Below are positions 1-9,515 of a stretch of 64,000 bases of DNA, in pieces. Numbering within the stretch: position 1 is the stretch's first letter; each line of letters opens with the position of its first letter. The position numbers and the translations under genes are program-made. The notes under the pieces are model-generated. The model did not search any database. It saw nothing but the letters and a program-made list of their open reading frames with translations, and was not told the DNA's origin. This DNA comes from Lachnospiraceae bacterium (GTDB lineage: Bacteria > Bacillota > Clostridia > Lachnospirales > Lachnospiraceae), in contig JBJEJA010000052.1 of NCBI GenBank assembly GCA_051877575.1, positions 7,061 to 71,060 on the forward strand. The letters run 5' to 3'.

Positions 1-17
1 GTCTTCGTGATATATTA

Positions 18-63
18 TTCCTTGCTCCTTGCAAAGACAAGGGGCCAGAGACCAAAAGGAGGT
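18..63 (+). promoter_or_regulatory. Putative S6:S18 ribosomal protein leader (autoregulatory RNA)
   Basis: Hairpin ctccttg/caagggg followed by an unpaired CC(A), with an outer stem (cctt/aagg) overlapping the rpsF RBS. This matches the known S6:S18 leader architecture. Confidence 0.6.
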
Positions 64-71
64 AACGAAGC

Positions 72-362
72 ATGAACAAATATGAGTTAGCCGTTGTTGT
101 TAGTGCTAAAATCGAAGATGATGAAAGAGCTGCTACGATCGAAAAAGTAAAAGCTTATATCGAAAGATTCGGTGGAACAGTTACAAACGTTGATGAATGG
201 GGCAAGAAAAAACTTGCTTATGACATTCAGAAAATGAGCGAAGCTTTCTACTACTTCATCCAGTTCGATGCTGATGCATCTGTTCCTTACGAAGTTGAAA
301 ACAATGTTCGTATTATGGAAAATGTCATCAGATTTTTATGCGTAAGACAAGACGAGGCATAA
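72..362 (+). CDS. rpsF: 30S ribosomal protein S6
   Basis: MNKYEL...WGKKKLAYDI motif; first gene of rpsF-ssb-rpsR. Confidence 0.98.
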   Translation: MNKYELAVVVSAKIEDDERAATIEKVKAYIERFGGTVTNVDEWGKKKLAYDIQKMSEAFYYFIQFDADASVPYEVENNVRIMENVIRFLCVRQDEA

Positions 363-381
363 GAGAAAGTAGGAAATAAAG

Positions 382-825
382 ATGAATAAAGTAATTCTAA
401 TGGGACGTTTAACAAGAGATCCCGAGGTGAGATATTCACAGGGCGAGACACCTCTTGCAATTGCGAGATTTTCTTTGGCAGTAGACCGCAGAGGACGTAA
501 TAACCAGGATGGTCAAACAGCAGATTTTATCAACTGTGTTGCATTTGGCAGACAGGGTGAATTTGCAGAAAAGTATTTTCGCAAAGGTACAAAGATTGCT
601 GTTACAGGACGCATCCAGACCGGCAGCTATACCAACAGGGATGGCGTTAAGGTTTATACGACAGAGGTTGTAGTTGAAGAACAGGAATTTGCGGAGAGCA
701 AGGCAAGCCAGTCCGGTAACGGTGATAATGGTGGTTTTGCTCCGATGCAGAGCGCAGAACCGGTTGCAGCAGGCGAAGGTTTTATGAATATTCCCGATGG
801 GATTGAAGAATTGCCGTTCAGTTAG
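382..825 (+). CDS. ssb: Single-stranded DNA-binding protein
   Basis: MNKVILMGRLTRDPE OB fold; acidic C-terminus EELPFS. Confidence 0.98.
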   Translation: MNKVILMGRLTRDPEVRYSQGETPLAIARFSLAVDRRGRNNQDGQTADFINCVAFGRQGEFAEKYFRKGTKIAVTGRIQTGSYTNRDGVKVYTTEVVVEEQEFAESKASQSGNGDNGGFAPMQSAEPVAAGEGFMNIPDGIEELPFS

Positions 826-852
826 AAAACGATTAAGAATGGAGGCAATAAC

Positions 853-1116
853 ATGGCTTTTAATAAGACAGAGAAATCCGATGCTCCTATGAAGAGAAGA
901 GGCGGAATCCGCAGAAGAAAAAAAGTATGTGTATTCTGTGGTAAAGATAATGTGATCGATTACAAAGATACAGCAAAATTAAAAAGATATGTATCTGAGA
1001 GAGGAAAAATCCTTCCCAGAAGAATCACAGGCAACTGTGCAAAACATCAGAGAGCTTTAACAGTAGCAATCAAACGTGCTCGTCATATCGCTCTGATGCC
1101 TTATGTTCAGGACTAA
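853..1116 (+). CDS. rpsR: 30S ribosomal protein S18 (Zn-binding C+ type)
   Basis: RRKKVCVFC...IDYKD...[17 protein letters not shown]. Confidence 0.98.
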   Translation: MAFNKTEKSDAPMKRRGGIRRRKKVCVFCGKDNVIDYKDTAKLKRYVSERGKILPRRITGNCAKHQRALTVAIKRARHIALMPYVQD

Positions 1117-1132
1117 GAATGAGTAAATATGG

Positions 1133-1172
1133 GACCGGCTATTCATTAGAATGGCCGGTCTATTTCATTTTT
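1133..1172 (+). terminator. Intrinsic terminator after rpsR
   Basis: gaccggctattc/gaatggccggtc stem followed by a T-rich tail. Confidence 0.75.
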
Positions 1173-1278
1173 ATTTGCCGTTTTAAAATAAAAGCAGTTG
1201 GTAAAACTCTCTTTTGATGTTATAATAAACAATATATGGGTTTGAAACCGTAAATTGTTTTGAAAAGGCAGTTCGGAT

Positions 1279-3330
1279 ATGGATAAGAAATTAAAATTTA
1301 AAGGAAGGCTTCGTCTGTATTTTCAGATGCCGGTATGGTTTGGTATCCTGTTGGCAATTACAGATGTGGCAATATATGCGATTGATGTCAGTGCAGGCAT
1401 TTTGCTGTCCTGCTTTACTTTGGTTTATCTGGTTTCTTTTTTGTTATTGGAGCATTTCAATCGCCCCGTGATCATGAATGAGCTTGTCAGTTTTGCAACA
1501 CAGTATGGGCAGATACAGAAGCGCCTGCTGTGGGATCTGGAACTGCCGAATGCCCTTTTGGACGAAAGCGGGCGAATTATCTGGGCGAACCGCGCTTTTC
1601 TGCAGGTTATTGGCAGAGAAAAGGCAGAAAACAAGGGAATTACTAATTTATTCCCTGCGATTACAAAAGACAAGCTTCCGGTAGGAGAACTGGATGAGAC
1701 GGAAGTGGATTTTCAAAAGGATGACAGAGATTTTCATGCAAAAATAAAAAGAATTCCTTTGGCCGAAATGGTGGAAAACAGCGATATTTTTGAGGCTGAG
1801 GGTACTTATGAAGGCTGCCTGATTGCACTTTATTTATTTGACGAAACGGCATTAAAGATTGCCCTTCGTGAAAATGATAATCAGAGCCTTGCAGTAGGAT
1901 TATTGTATATTGATAACTATGAAGAGGCATTGGACAGTGTAGAAGAGGTCAGACGCTCCCTGCTGACAGCTTTGATTGAAAGAAAGGTAAATAAATATTT
2001 TGCATCTATTGACGGCATTGTCCGCAAGATGGAAAAGGATAAGTTTTTCTTTATTTTGAGGAAACAGTCCTTAAAGGTATTGCAGGAAAACCGTTTTGAT
2101 TTGCTGGAGGATGTAAAGACCGTTAATATCGGAAATGAGATGTCCGTCACTTTAAGTATCGGTGTGGGTGTAGGCGGATTGACCTACGCGCAGAATTATG
2201 AATATGCCCGTACTTCCATCGACCTGGCACTGGGACGTGGCGGTGATCAGGCTGTTGTCAAGACCAAGGACGGGGTAAGCTATTACGGAGGCAAGAGCCA
2301 GAGGGTTGAGAAGAATACCCGTGTAAAAGCTCGTGTGAAGGCGCATGCTTTGAAGGAGATTATTTCTTCCAAAGACAGGGTTATTGTTATGGGACATCGG
2401 ATGACTGATGTGGACAGTTTTGGTGCGGCAGTGGGTATTTACCGTATTGCCAAGACACTTGGCCGAAATGCCAATATTGTAATCAATGACATTTCTTCTT
2501 CCATTAAGCCCATGGTGGATCACTTTATCAGCCATGAGGACGCGGAAGAGCTGATTCTGGTCAATAATGCTCAGGCAGTCGAACTGGCAGGTGCCAACAG
2601 CTGTCTGGTTGTCGTAGATGTCAATAAACCGAGTATTACCGAGTGCCCGGAATTATTAAAAATGTGCCGTTCCATTGTCGTGCTGGATCATCACAGACAG
2701 GGCGAAGAAGTGATCGAAAATGCCACTCTTTCCTATATAGAGTCCTATGCGTCCAGTGCATGTGAAATGGTTACGGAAATTATCCAGTATATCGAAAGCG
2801 GATTAAAGCTAAAGAGTGCAGAGGCTGATTGTCTTTACGGCGGTATTGTTATTGACACCAATAACTTTACCAACAAAGCCGGAGTCAGAACCTTTGAAGC
2901 ATCGGCTTATTTGAGAAGAAACGGAGCGGATGTAACAAGAGTGAGAAAAATGTTCCGCGATGATGTGACTGATTATCGTGCAAAAGCGGAGGTTATCAGT
3001 AAGGCATTTATTTTCAAGGATGTATTTGCCATTTCCATATGTGAGGCCAAAGAGGCACAGAATCCGACTATTGTGGGTGCACAGGCGGCGAATGAACTGC
3101 TGAATGTGATGGGCATCAAGGCAAGTTTTGTATTAACGGAATATAATCAGACTGTTTATATCAGTGCACGGAGCATTGATGAGATGAATGTTCAGATTAT
3201 TATGGAGAAATTGGGCGGCGGCGGCCATATGAGTGTGGCGGCAGCGCAGCTAAAAGATGTGTCGGTGGAGGAGGCTGCAGAGCAGCTGAAGGCAACTTTG
3301 ACAACGATGCTGGAGGAAGGAGAAATATAA
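1279..3330 (+). CDS. gdpP: c-di-AMP phosphodiesterase GdpP (TM-PAS-degenerate GGDEF-DHH/DHHA1)
   Basis: Two N-terminal TM helices, GGDQ, DxD motif (DVDS), DHH, GGGGH; canonical position upstream of rplI. Confidence 0.93.
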   Translation: MDKKLKFKGRLRLYFQMPVWFGILLAITDVAIYAIDVSAGILLSCFTLVYLVSFLLLEHFNRPVIMNELVSFATQYGQIQKRLLWDLELPNALLDESGRIIWANRAFLQVIGREKAENKGITNLFPAITKDKLPVGELDETEVDFQKDDRDFHAKIKRIPLAEMVENSDIFEAEGTYEGCLIALYLFDETALKIALRENDNQSLAVGLLYIDNYEEALDSVEEVRRSLLTALIERKVNKYFASIDGIVRKMEKDKFFFILRKQSLKVLQENRFDLLEDVKTVNIGNEMSVTLSIGVGVGGLTYAQNYEYARTSIDLALGRGGDQAVVKTKDGVSYYGGKSQRVEKNTRVKARVKAHALKEIISSKDRVIVMGHRMTDVDSFGAAVGIYRIAKTLGRNANIVINDISSSIKPMVDHFISHEDAEELILVNNAQAVELAGANSCLVVVDVNKPSITECPELLKMCRSIVVLDHHRQGEEVIENATLSYIESYASSACEMVTEIIQYIESGLKLKSAEADCLYGGIVIDTNNFTNKAGVRTFEASAYLRRNGADVTRVRKMFRDDVTDYRAKAEVISKAFIFKDVFAISICEAKEAQNPTIVGAQAANELLNVMGIKASFVLTEYNQTVYISARSIDEMNVQIIMEKLGGGGHMSVAAAQLKDVSVEEAAEQLKATLTTMLEEGEI

Positions 3331-3331
3331 C

Positions 3332-3778
3332 ATGAAAGTAATTTTGTTGGAAGATGTCAAATCTCTGGGAAAAAAGGGTGATATCATCAATGCAAATGAC
3401 GGATATGCAAGGAATTTTATTCTGCCAAAGAAGCTGGGCATTGAGGCAACACCGAAAAATTTAAATGATTTGAAATTAAAAAAAGCAAATGATGATAAAG
3501 TGGCAGCCAGAATCCTGCAGGAAGCCAAAGATTTTGCCAAGGAGCTGGAAGAGCAGACGGTGGTTGTTAAAATGAAAGCCGGAGAAGGCGGAAAAGCCTT
3601 CGGCTCTGTATCGACAAAAGAAATTGCCACAGCTTATAAGGAACAGCACCAGAAAGAAATTGACAAGAAGAAAATTGTGTTGCCTGAGGCAATCAAAAAT
3701 TTTGGGACATATGAAGTAAAAGTAAAATTACATCCGCAGGTCAGCGGGGTATTGAAGGTAAAAGTAGAAGAGGCTTAA
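3332..3778 (+). CDS. rplI: 50S ribosomal protein L9
   Basis: [16 protein letters not shown]...GYARNF. Confidence 0.98.
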   Translation: MKVILLEDVKSLGKKGDIINANDGYARNFILPKKLGIEATPKNLNDLKLKKANDDKVAARILQEAKDFAKELEEQTVVVKMKAGEGGKAFGSVSTKEIATAYKEQHQKEIDKKKIVLPEAIKNFGTYEVKVKLHPQVSGVLKVKVEEA

Positions 3779-3781
3779 TGC

Positions 3782-5149
3782 ATGGCAGCAGAGGAACAGG
3801 TAATTAAAAGAATAATGCCGCACAGTGTGGAGGCGGAGCAGTCTGTCATCGGATCCATGATGATAGACCGGGATGCCATTATTACGGCTTCGGAAATGCT
3901 CCTGGCGGAGGATTTTTACGGCAAGCAGTTTGGGACGCTTTTTGAGGCAATTGTGGAGCTTCAGGAGAGCGATGGAGTTGTTGATATCGTAACGCTTCAG
4001 GATAAATTGAATGAGAAGGGAGTCCCCATGGAGATTAACAATGTTGAGTATCTGGGGAATCTGGTTGCTGCAGTACCGACATCTGCCAATATCAAACAGT
4101 ACTGTCAGATTGTTTCCGAAAAATCATTGCTTCGCAAGCTGATCCGTCTCAATGAGGATATTGCCAATGCATGTTATGCAGGCAGAGAAGATACGGATGT
4201 CATTTTAGAGGAAACAGAGAAAAAAATCTTCTCTTTGGTTCAGAAGAGGAATACGAGGGATTATATCCCCATTCGTGATATTGTTATGGAGGCCATGAAT
4301 AAAATCGAAAAGGCTTCTCAAACCGGAGGCGCCGTTACCGGCATTCCAACCGGCTTTCTGGATCTGGATTACAAGCTGGCCGGCTTACAGCCTTCAGACC
4401 TTGTTCTGGTAGCAGCAAGACCCTCTATGGGTAAGACGGCTTTCGTATTGAATATTGCCCAGCATGTGGCATTTAAACAGAATCTGACAGTTGCAATCTT
4501 CAGTCTGGAGATGTCGGAGGTTCAGTTGGTAAATCGACTGTTTTCTTTGGAATCCAATGTCAATTCCGGAAATATCAGAACGGGTAATTTGTCGGATGAT
4601 GATTGGGATAAGTTGATTGAGACGGCAGGCGTGGTCGGAAATTCCAACCTGATCATTGATGCCACACCGGGAATCAGTATTTCGGAGCTGCGTAGCAAAT
4701 GCAGAAAATATAAAATGGAAAAGGATCTGAAGCTGATCATTATCGACTATTTACAGCTCATGAGTGGAAGCGGACGTTCAGCATCGGAATCCAGACAGCA
4801 GGAAATTTCAGAAATTTCCCGTTCCCTGAAGGCTCTGGCAAGGGAATTGAATGTGCCGGTGATTGCGTTGTCCCAGCTTAGTCGTGCGGTTGAGCAGAGA
4901 CCGGATAAACGGCCGATGTTGTCGGATCTGCGTGAGTCGGGAGCCATTGAGCAGGATGCCGACGTGGTCATGTTTATTTATCGTGATGATTATTATAATA
5001 AGGACACACAGGAAATGGGTGTTGCGGAGATCAATATCGCAAAACAGAGAAACGGTCCGATTGGCGTTGTCAAGCTGGCATGGCTGCCTGATTATACCAA
5101 ATTTGCAAATTTGGAGCGCCAGAGCGGATATCGGGATGAAAATTATTAA
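3782..5149 (+). CDS. dnaB: Replicative DNA helicase
   Basis: Walker A ARPSMGKT, IDYLQL, SDLRESGAIEQDAD, KQRNGP. Confidence 0.98.
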   Translation: MAAEEQVIKRIMPHSVEAEQSVIGSMMIDRDAIITASEMLLAEDFYGKQFGTLFEAIVELQESDGVVDIVTLQDKLNEKGVPMEINNVEYLGNLVAAVPTSANIKQYCQIVSEKSLLRKLIRLNEDIANACYAGREDTDVILEETEKKIFSLVQKRNTRDYIPIRDIVMEAMNKIEKASQTGGAVTGIPTGFLDLDYKLAGLQPSDLVLVAARPSMGKTAFVLNIAQHVAFKQNLTVAIFSLEMSEVQLVNRLFSLESNVNSGNIRTGNLSDDDWDKLIETAGVVGNSNLIIDATPGISISELRSKCRKYKMEKDLKLIIIDYLQLMSGSGRSASESRQQEISEISRSLKALARELNVPVIALSQLSRAVEQRPDKRPMLSDLRESGAIEQDADVVMFIYRDDYYNKDTQEMGVAEINIAKQRNGPIGVVKLAWLPDYTKFANLERQSGYRDENY

Positions 5150-5151
5150 AC

Positions 5152-5186
5152 AAAAAAGCTGCACATGAAATCGTGTGCAGCTTTTT
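5152..5186. terminator. Bidirectional intrinsic terminator between dnaB and the ferredoxin gene
   Basis: aaaaaagctgcaca-loop-tgtgcagcttttt between convergent genes. Confidence 0.85.
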
Positions 5187-5203
5187 GTACATATGAATTA
5201 TTT

Positions 5204-5374
5204 TTATGCTTCTGAGATAGCACCTGTCGGGCACTGTCCTGCACAAGTACCGCAATCGATACATTTTTCAGGATCAATTTCAAATTTGCCGTCTCCCATG
5301 CTGATTGCGCCTACAGGACAAGCGCTTTCGCATGCACCACATGCTACACAAGCGTCACCAATACTGAATGCCAT
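5204..5374 (-). CDS. Clostridial 2[4Fe-4S] ferredoxin, 56 aa (absent from ORF track)
   Basis: Manual translation MAFSIGDACVACGACESACPVGAISMGDGKFEIDPEKCIDCGTCAGQCPTGAISEA with two CxxCxxCxxxCP motifs; AGGAGG RBS upstream. Confidence 0.97.
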   Translation of the reverse strand: MAFSIGDACVACGACESACPVGAISMGDGKFEIDPEKCIDCGTCAGQCPTGAISEA

Positions 5375-5402
5375 AATCATATCCTCCTTAAAGTTGTAAA
5401 AT

Positions 5403-5460
5403 CTGATAAATAATTATCAATCCATACTGCTATTCTAATACAAATGTATACAGAAAACAA
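5403..5460 (-). promoter_or_regulatory. Sigma-A-like ferredoxin promoter with a palindromic operator downstream
   Basis: Minus strand TTGTTT(5460-5455)-17 nt-TAGAAT(5437-5432); palindrome ctgataa-ataa-ttatcaa at 5403-5420. Confidence 0.5.
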
Positions 5461-5518
5461 GTAGCAAATCTTAGAAAGTTAAAGGATTTACTTTATGGCA
5501 CAGGAAGGATGATGGCTG

Positions 5519-6289
5519 TTAATTGTGATGTGTGATTCCCAGCTCGGCACGGCGTTTTCGGATGCCGTTTAAAATATATTCTTTCTTTTCGGGGATCAAT
5601 TTCTTATCCATAGGCGGAACGTCTTTTAATACGTAGTCAATTCCCAGTTCCTTGTATTTTTTCTTTGCCATATCGTGATAAGGAAGCACGTCAAGGGCTG
5701 TTAAGTTGGTAAACTGACCGATGAAATAACCCAGCTTGTACAGGGATTCTTCATCATCGGTAATACCCGGAACCACAACGTGACGGATCCACATGTTGAC
5801 TTTCTTTTCGTTCAGATAGGCAGCAAAAGCTAAAATTCCGTCATTGGGCTGGCTTGTGAGCTTTTTATGCTTTTCGGGATCGATATGCTTAATATCCAGC
5901 ATAACCAGATCGGTTAATTTCATTAACTCATCCAGTTTTTTATTATATTCGGTATTGGTCGGTTTGTATGCAATACCTGAGGAATCGATGCAGGTATGAA
6001 TGCCGTGTTCTTTGCAGAGCGTGAACAATTCCAATAGGAAATCGATCTGCATCAGGGGTTCACCGCCGGTTACGGTAATACCGCCTCCGTTTTCATAAAA
6101 AGGTCTGTTGCGTTCATATTGCTCGATAATCTCGGAGGCTTCCATTTCGGTACCGCCTGTCATGGGCCAGGTGTCGGGATTGTGGCAATATGCACATCTC
6201 ATGGGACAGCCCTGTACGAATACGACAAAGCGTGTTCCGGGACCGTCTACCGTGCCAAAACTTTCTAAAGAATGAATTCTTCCACTCAT
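5519..6289 (-). CDS. pflA: Pyruvate formate-lyase activating enzyme (radical SAM)
   Basis: ESFGTVDGPGTRFVVF, CPMRCAYCHNPDTW, TGGEPL. Confidence 0.97.
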   Translation of the reverse strand: MSGRIHSLESFGTVDGPGTRFVVFVQGCPMRCAYCHNPDTWPMTGGTEMEASEIIEQYERNRPFYENGGGITVTGGEPLMQIDFLLELFTLCKEHGIHTCIDSSGIAYKPTNTEYNKKLDELMKLTDLVMLDIKHIDPEKHKKLTSQPNDGILAFAAYLNEKKVNMWIRHVVVPGITDDEESLYKLGYFIGQFTNLTALDVLPYHDMAKKKYKELGIDYVLKDVPPMDKKLIPEKKEYILNGIRKRRAELGITHHN

Positions 6290-6364
6290 ATATAGTCCTC
6301 TTTTCTTATTTTAATAATATAACCAATTTACATATAGCTATTCTATCATAAAAGAAGGAAAAGA

Positions 6365-6396
6365 AAAAGCCTTCCGGAATGACCCGGAAGGCTTTT
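6365..6396 (-). terminator. Intrinsic terminator after the glycyl-radical subunit gene
   Basis: aaaagccttccgg-loop-ccggaaggctttt. Confidence 0.8.
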
Positions 6397-6415
6397 AAAA
6401 CATACCTAAATCAAA

Positions 6416-6658
6416 TTATAAAGATTCGTGGAATGTTCTGCTGATAACGTCTGCCTGCTGTTCAGGTGTTAATTTGATGAAGTTAACAGCATAACCGGAT
6501 ACACGGATTGTTAACTGAGGATATTTTTCCGGATTTTTCTGAGCATCCAGTAATGTATCTCTGTTTAATACGTTAACATTTAAGTGATGTCCGCCTTTTG
6601 TAGCATAACCATCTAATAAGTTTACTAAGTTATCAACCTGAGCTGTATTTTCTGCCAT
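6416..6658 (-). CDS. Stand-alone glycyl radical domain protein (GrcA-like; C-terminal part of a split PFL)
   Basis: HLNVNV...[16 protein letters not shown]...[10 protein letters not shown], collinear with the PFL C-terminal domain; own RBS (AGGAGG). Confidence 0.93.
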   Translation of the reverse strand: MAENTAQVDNLVNLLDGYATKGGHHLNVNVLNRDTLLDAQKNPEKYPQLTIRVSGYAVNFIKLTPEQQADVISRTFHESL

Positions 6659-6675
6659 GATTCTTTACCTCCTAA

Positions 6676-6879
6676 TTATTCGTTGCCGTCAAGGCCTTCG
6701 TGAAGAGTAGGAACGCTGCATGCAAAGGGATTTTTGGAGCATTCGGTACATCCCATAGTCTCCACGTTTTTAGAACCCTGTACCATTTCATCCACATCAA
6801 CATTAACATGACCGATGTTGTTTGCCATGCCGTTGTCCAGTTGTTTGATCAGGTCTTCAATCATTGCATTTTCGTCCAT
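6676..6879 (-). CDS. 67-aa acidic protein resembling the N-half of the glycyl-radical domain, with a Cys-rich tail and no RVSGY
   Basis: RBS GAAAGGTG before ATG 6879; sits tightly between pflB and the GrcA-like gene; apparent homolog at 46532-46747. Confidence 0.85.
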   Translation of the reverse strand: MDENAMIEDLIKQLDNGMANNIGHVNVDVDEMVQGSKNVETMGCTECSKNPFACSVPTLHEGLDGNE

Positions 6880-6904
6880 AACTTTCACCTTTCAATTGTG
6901 TTTA

Positions 6905-8944
6905 TTATTTGTTTAAGTCGATTTCGATGTCGCCAGCAAATACCTGGTCTTCTTTACCAAGAGCTCCGGGGATGATTGTGAAGGTATTGGAGATACCATC
7001 CTGAGCATCGTTGAACGGAAGTTTGGATACAGAAGATAAGGATGCTACTGCACCATGAGTATCGCGTCCGTGCATCGGGTTAGCACCGGGTGCAAAAGGC
7101 TGTCCTTTTCTACGTCCGTCAGGTGTGTTACCTGTTGCTTTACCATAAGTTACGTTAGAAGTAATGGTAAGAATGGATGTTGTAGGAACACCGTTTCTGT
7201 AGGTATGATGTCTTCTGATCGCTGTCATGAATTTGTGTACGATCTCCTGAGCGATGCTGTCAACACGGTCATCGTCATTACCGTATTTAGGGAAGTCACC
7301 TGTTGTCTTGAAGTCAACGATGATTCCGTCTTCGTCACGAACAACTTCAACTTTTGCATATTTGATAGCGGATAAGGAGTCAGCTACGATGGACAGACCT
7401 GCAACACCTGTTGCGAAGTAACGTTTTACATCTCTGTCATGTAAAGCCATCTGTGCTCTCTCATAGCAGTATTTATCATGCATATAGTGAATGATATTCA
7501 GAGTATTTACATATACATCTGCCTGCCACTCCAGCATATCTGTGAATTTATCCATAACGTCATCATAATCAAGTACATCACCGGTAACAGGACGATATTT
7601 AGGTCCAACCTGTTTCTTGGTAACTTCGTCGACACCACCGTTCAAAGCGTACAGTAAGCACTTAGCAACGTTAGCACGAGCTCCGAAGAACTGCATTTCT
7701 TTACCGATTACCATAGAGGATACACAGCAGGCAATACCGTAGTCATCACCGTGTGTTACTCTCATTAAGTCATCGTTCTCGTACTGAATGGAAGAAGTCT
7801 TAATGGACATCTTAGCACAGAATTTCTTCCAGCCTTCAGGTAATCTTGTGGACCAGAGAACTGTTAAGTTGGGTTCGGGAGAAGGTCCTAAGTTGTTTAA
7901 TGTATTTAAGTAACGGAAGGACATCTTTGTTACCATAGGACGTCCGTCAACACCAACACCGCCGAGGGACTCTGTAACCCATACAGGATCGCCTGCGAAG
8001 ATCTGGTTGTATTCAGGTGTACGAGCAAATTTGATGCAACGTAATTTCATGATAAAGTGATCAACGAATTCCTGAATCTGTTCTTCTGTGAAAGTACCGT
8101 TCTTTAAGTCTCTCTCAGCATAGCAGTCAAGGAATGTAGATGTACGTCCGAGGGACATCGCAGCACCGTTCTGCTCTTTTACTGCACATAAGTATCCGAA
8201 ATATGTCCACTGGATAGCTTCCTGTACGTTAGATGCAGGTTTGGAAATGTCGCATCCGTAAGAAGCAGCCATTTCTTTCATCATCTTTAATGCTGTCATC
8301 TGTTCGGAAAGTTCCTCACGAAGACGGATAACATCATCGGTCATAACACGTCCTGTGGAAGCTTTCTGCGCTTCTTTGTCTTCAATCAGTCTGTCGATAC
8401 CGTATAAAGCAACACGTCTGTAGTCGCCGATGATACGTCCGCGTCCGTAAGCATCCGGAAGACCTGTGATGATATGAGCGGAACGACAAGCTCTCATTTC
8501 GGGGTTGTAAGCATCGAAACAACCTGCATTGTGTGTTTTTCTGTGAGTGGAGAAGAACTCGGAGATTTCAGGATCTACTGTATATCCGTTATCTGTACAA
8601 GCTTTCTCTGCCATACGGATACCGCCGTAAGGCTGCATAGAACGTTTGAAAGGTTTGTCTGTCTGGAAACCTACAATTGTCTCTTTGCTCTTGTCAAGGT
8701 ATCCGGGACCATGGGAAGTGATAGTGGAAACAACTTTGGTATCCATATCAAGTACGCCGCCTGCTTCACGTTCTTTCTTCTGTAAATCAAGCACCATGTT
8801 CCATAAGTCTTTGGTGTTCTGTGTAGGACCTGCTAAGAAACTCTCGTCTCCTTCATAAGGAGTGTAGTTTCTCTGGATGAAGTCACGTACATTGACTTCT
8901 TTGTCCCATTTGCCGCCTACAAAATCTGTCCATTCTGGTCTCAT
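6905..8944 (-). CDS. pflB: Pyruvate formate-lyase catalytic subunit lacking the glycyl-radical domain
   Basis: [17 protein letters not shown], active-site [15 protein letters not shown]; ends at ...[22 protein letters not shown] without RVSGY. Confidence 0.95.
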   Translation of the reverse strand: MRPEWTDFVGGKWDKEVNVRDFIQRNYTPYEGDESFLAGPTQNTKDLWNMVLDLQKKEREAGGVLDMDTKVVSTITSHGPGYLDKSKETIVGFQTDKPFKRSMQPYGGIRMAEKACTDNGYTVDPEISEFFSTHRKTHNAGCFDAYNPEMRACRSAHIITGLPDAYGRGRIIGDYRRVALYGIDRLIEDKEAQKASTGRVMTDDVIRLREELSEQMTALKMMKEMAASYGCDISKPASNVQEAIQWTYFGYLCAVKEQNGAAMSLGRTSTFLDCYAERDLKNGTFTEEQIQEFVDHFIMKLRCIKFARTPEYNQIFAGDPVWVTESLGGVGVDGRPMVTKMSFRYLNTLNNLGPSPEPNLTVLWSTRLPEGWKKFCAKMSIKTSSIQYENDDLMRVTHGDDYGIACCVSSMVIGKEMQFFGARANVAKCLLYALNGGVDEVTKKQVGPKYRPVTGDVLDYDDVMDKFTDMLEWQADVYVNTLNIIHYMHDKYCYERAQMALHDRDVKRYFATGVAGLSIVADSLSAIKYAKVEVVRDEDGIIVDFKTTGDFPKYGNDDDRVDSIAQEIVHKFMTAIRRHHTYRNGVPTTSILTITSNVTYGKATGNTPDGRRKGQPFAPGANPMHGRDTHGAVASLSSVSKLPFNDAQDGISNTFTIIPGALGKEDQVFAGDIEIDLNK

Positions 8945-9035
8945 TTTGAAATAGCCTCCTATTAAAAATATAATTTTTTTGAACGGATTTTATCCGTTAA
9001 GTCACGCATAAAAACTATGCTAATCCCATGGCTTA

Positions 9036-9065
9036 ATTATAGGTTAAAAGAAGTAGTTACGTCAA
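9036..9065 (-). promoter_or_regulatory. Sigma-A-like promoter of the pfl operon
   Basis: Minus strand TTGACG-18 nt-TATAAT. Confidence 0.6.
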
Positions 9066-9235
9066 GACGAGGGTTGTACTTTTTTATATACAAACGGCCA
9101 TAAAAACAAAAGGTTTTTATAAAAAATTACTAAAGTTTTCGAAAGCCTTTCGGACATTTCGGAATGGAATATTGATAAAAACACAAGATAGGGTTATACT
9201 ATCAGAAGACAGTACAAAATAAGGAGGTCATAGAT

Positions 9236-9427
9236 ATGGCAGAAATCACTAAGGATATGACAATCGGAGAGATTATCAAAATAAATGCAGGTGTTATCCC
9301 GGTACTGATGAACGCAGGGATGCATTGTGTAGGATGCCCTTCCGCTCAGGGAGAAACTCTGGAAGAGGCAGCCATGGTACATGGAATGGATATCGATGAT
9401 TTAATGACCAAGATCCGGGAGTTATAA
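9236..9427 (+). CDS. DUF1858-type / hybrid-cluster-associated redox disulfide protein
   Basis: [10 protein letters not shown]...[23 protein letters not shown]; strong RBS. Confidence 0.88.
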   Translation: MAEITKDMTIGEIIKINAGVIPVLMNAGMHCVGCPSAQGETLEEAAMVHGMDIDDLMTKIREL

Positions 9428-9446
9428 TTCAAACACAAAACAGTTA

Positions 9447-9489
9447 AAAAGACGGACATGCTCTGCAGAGGCAGATGTGTCCGTCTTTT
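9447..9489. terminator. Bidirectional terminator
   Basis: aaaagacggaca...tgtccgtctttt between convergent genes. Confidence 0.8.
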
Positions 9490-9515
9490 GTTGATTTAGA
9501 ATGCCAATGGGTATT

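Noticed and set aside
5175-5399. 74-aa + strand ORF from the track
   Set aside because: It is the antisense shadow of the ferredoxin gene at 5204-5374.
6676-6879. RiPP/SCIFF precursor modified by the neighbouring radical SAM enzyme
   Set aside because: The enzyme is a typical PflA without a SPASM domain. The peptide has three Cys, and its N-terminus is better explained by similarity to the glycyl-radical domain.
6659-6904. Intron, intein, IS or frameshift interrupting pflB
   Set aside because: Each of the three ORFs has its own RBS, start and stop. There are no terminal repeats, transposase or splicing motifs.
8945-9030. ZTP (pfl) riboswitch upstream of pflB
   Set aside because: The leader is short and AT-rich with only small hairpins. 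The conserved GC-rich pseudoknot elements are absent.
9074-9093. Rex site upstream of the pfl promoter (TTGTA-N10-TACAA)
   Set aside because: At 20 bp it does not fit the 18-bp Rex spacing, and such a match is plausible by chance in AT-rich DNA.
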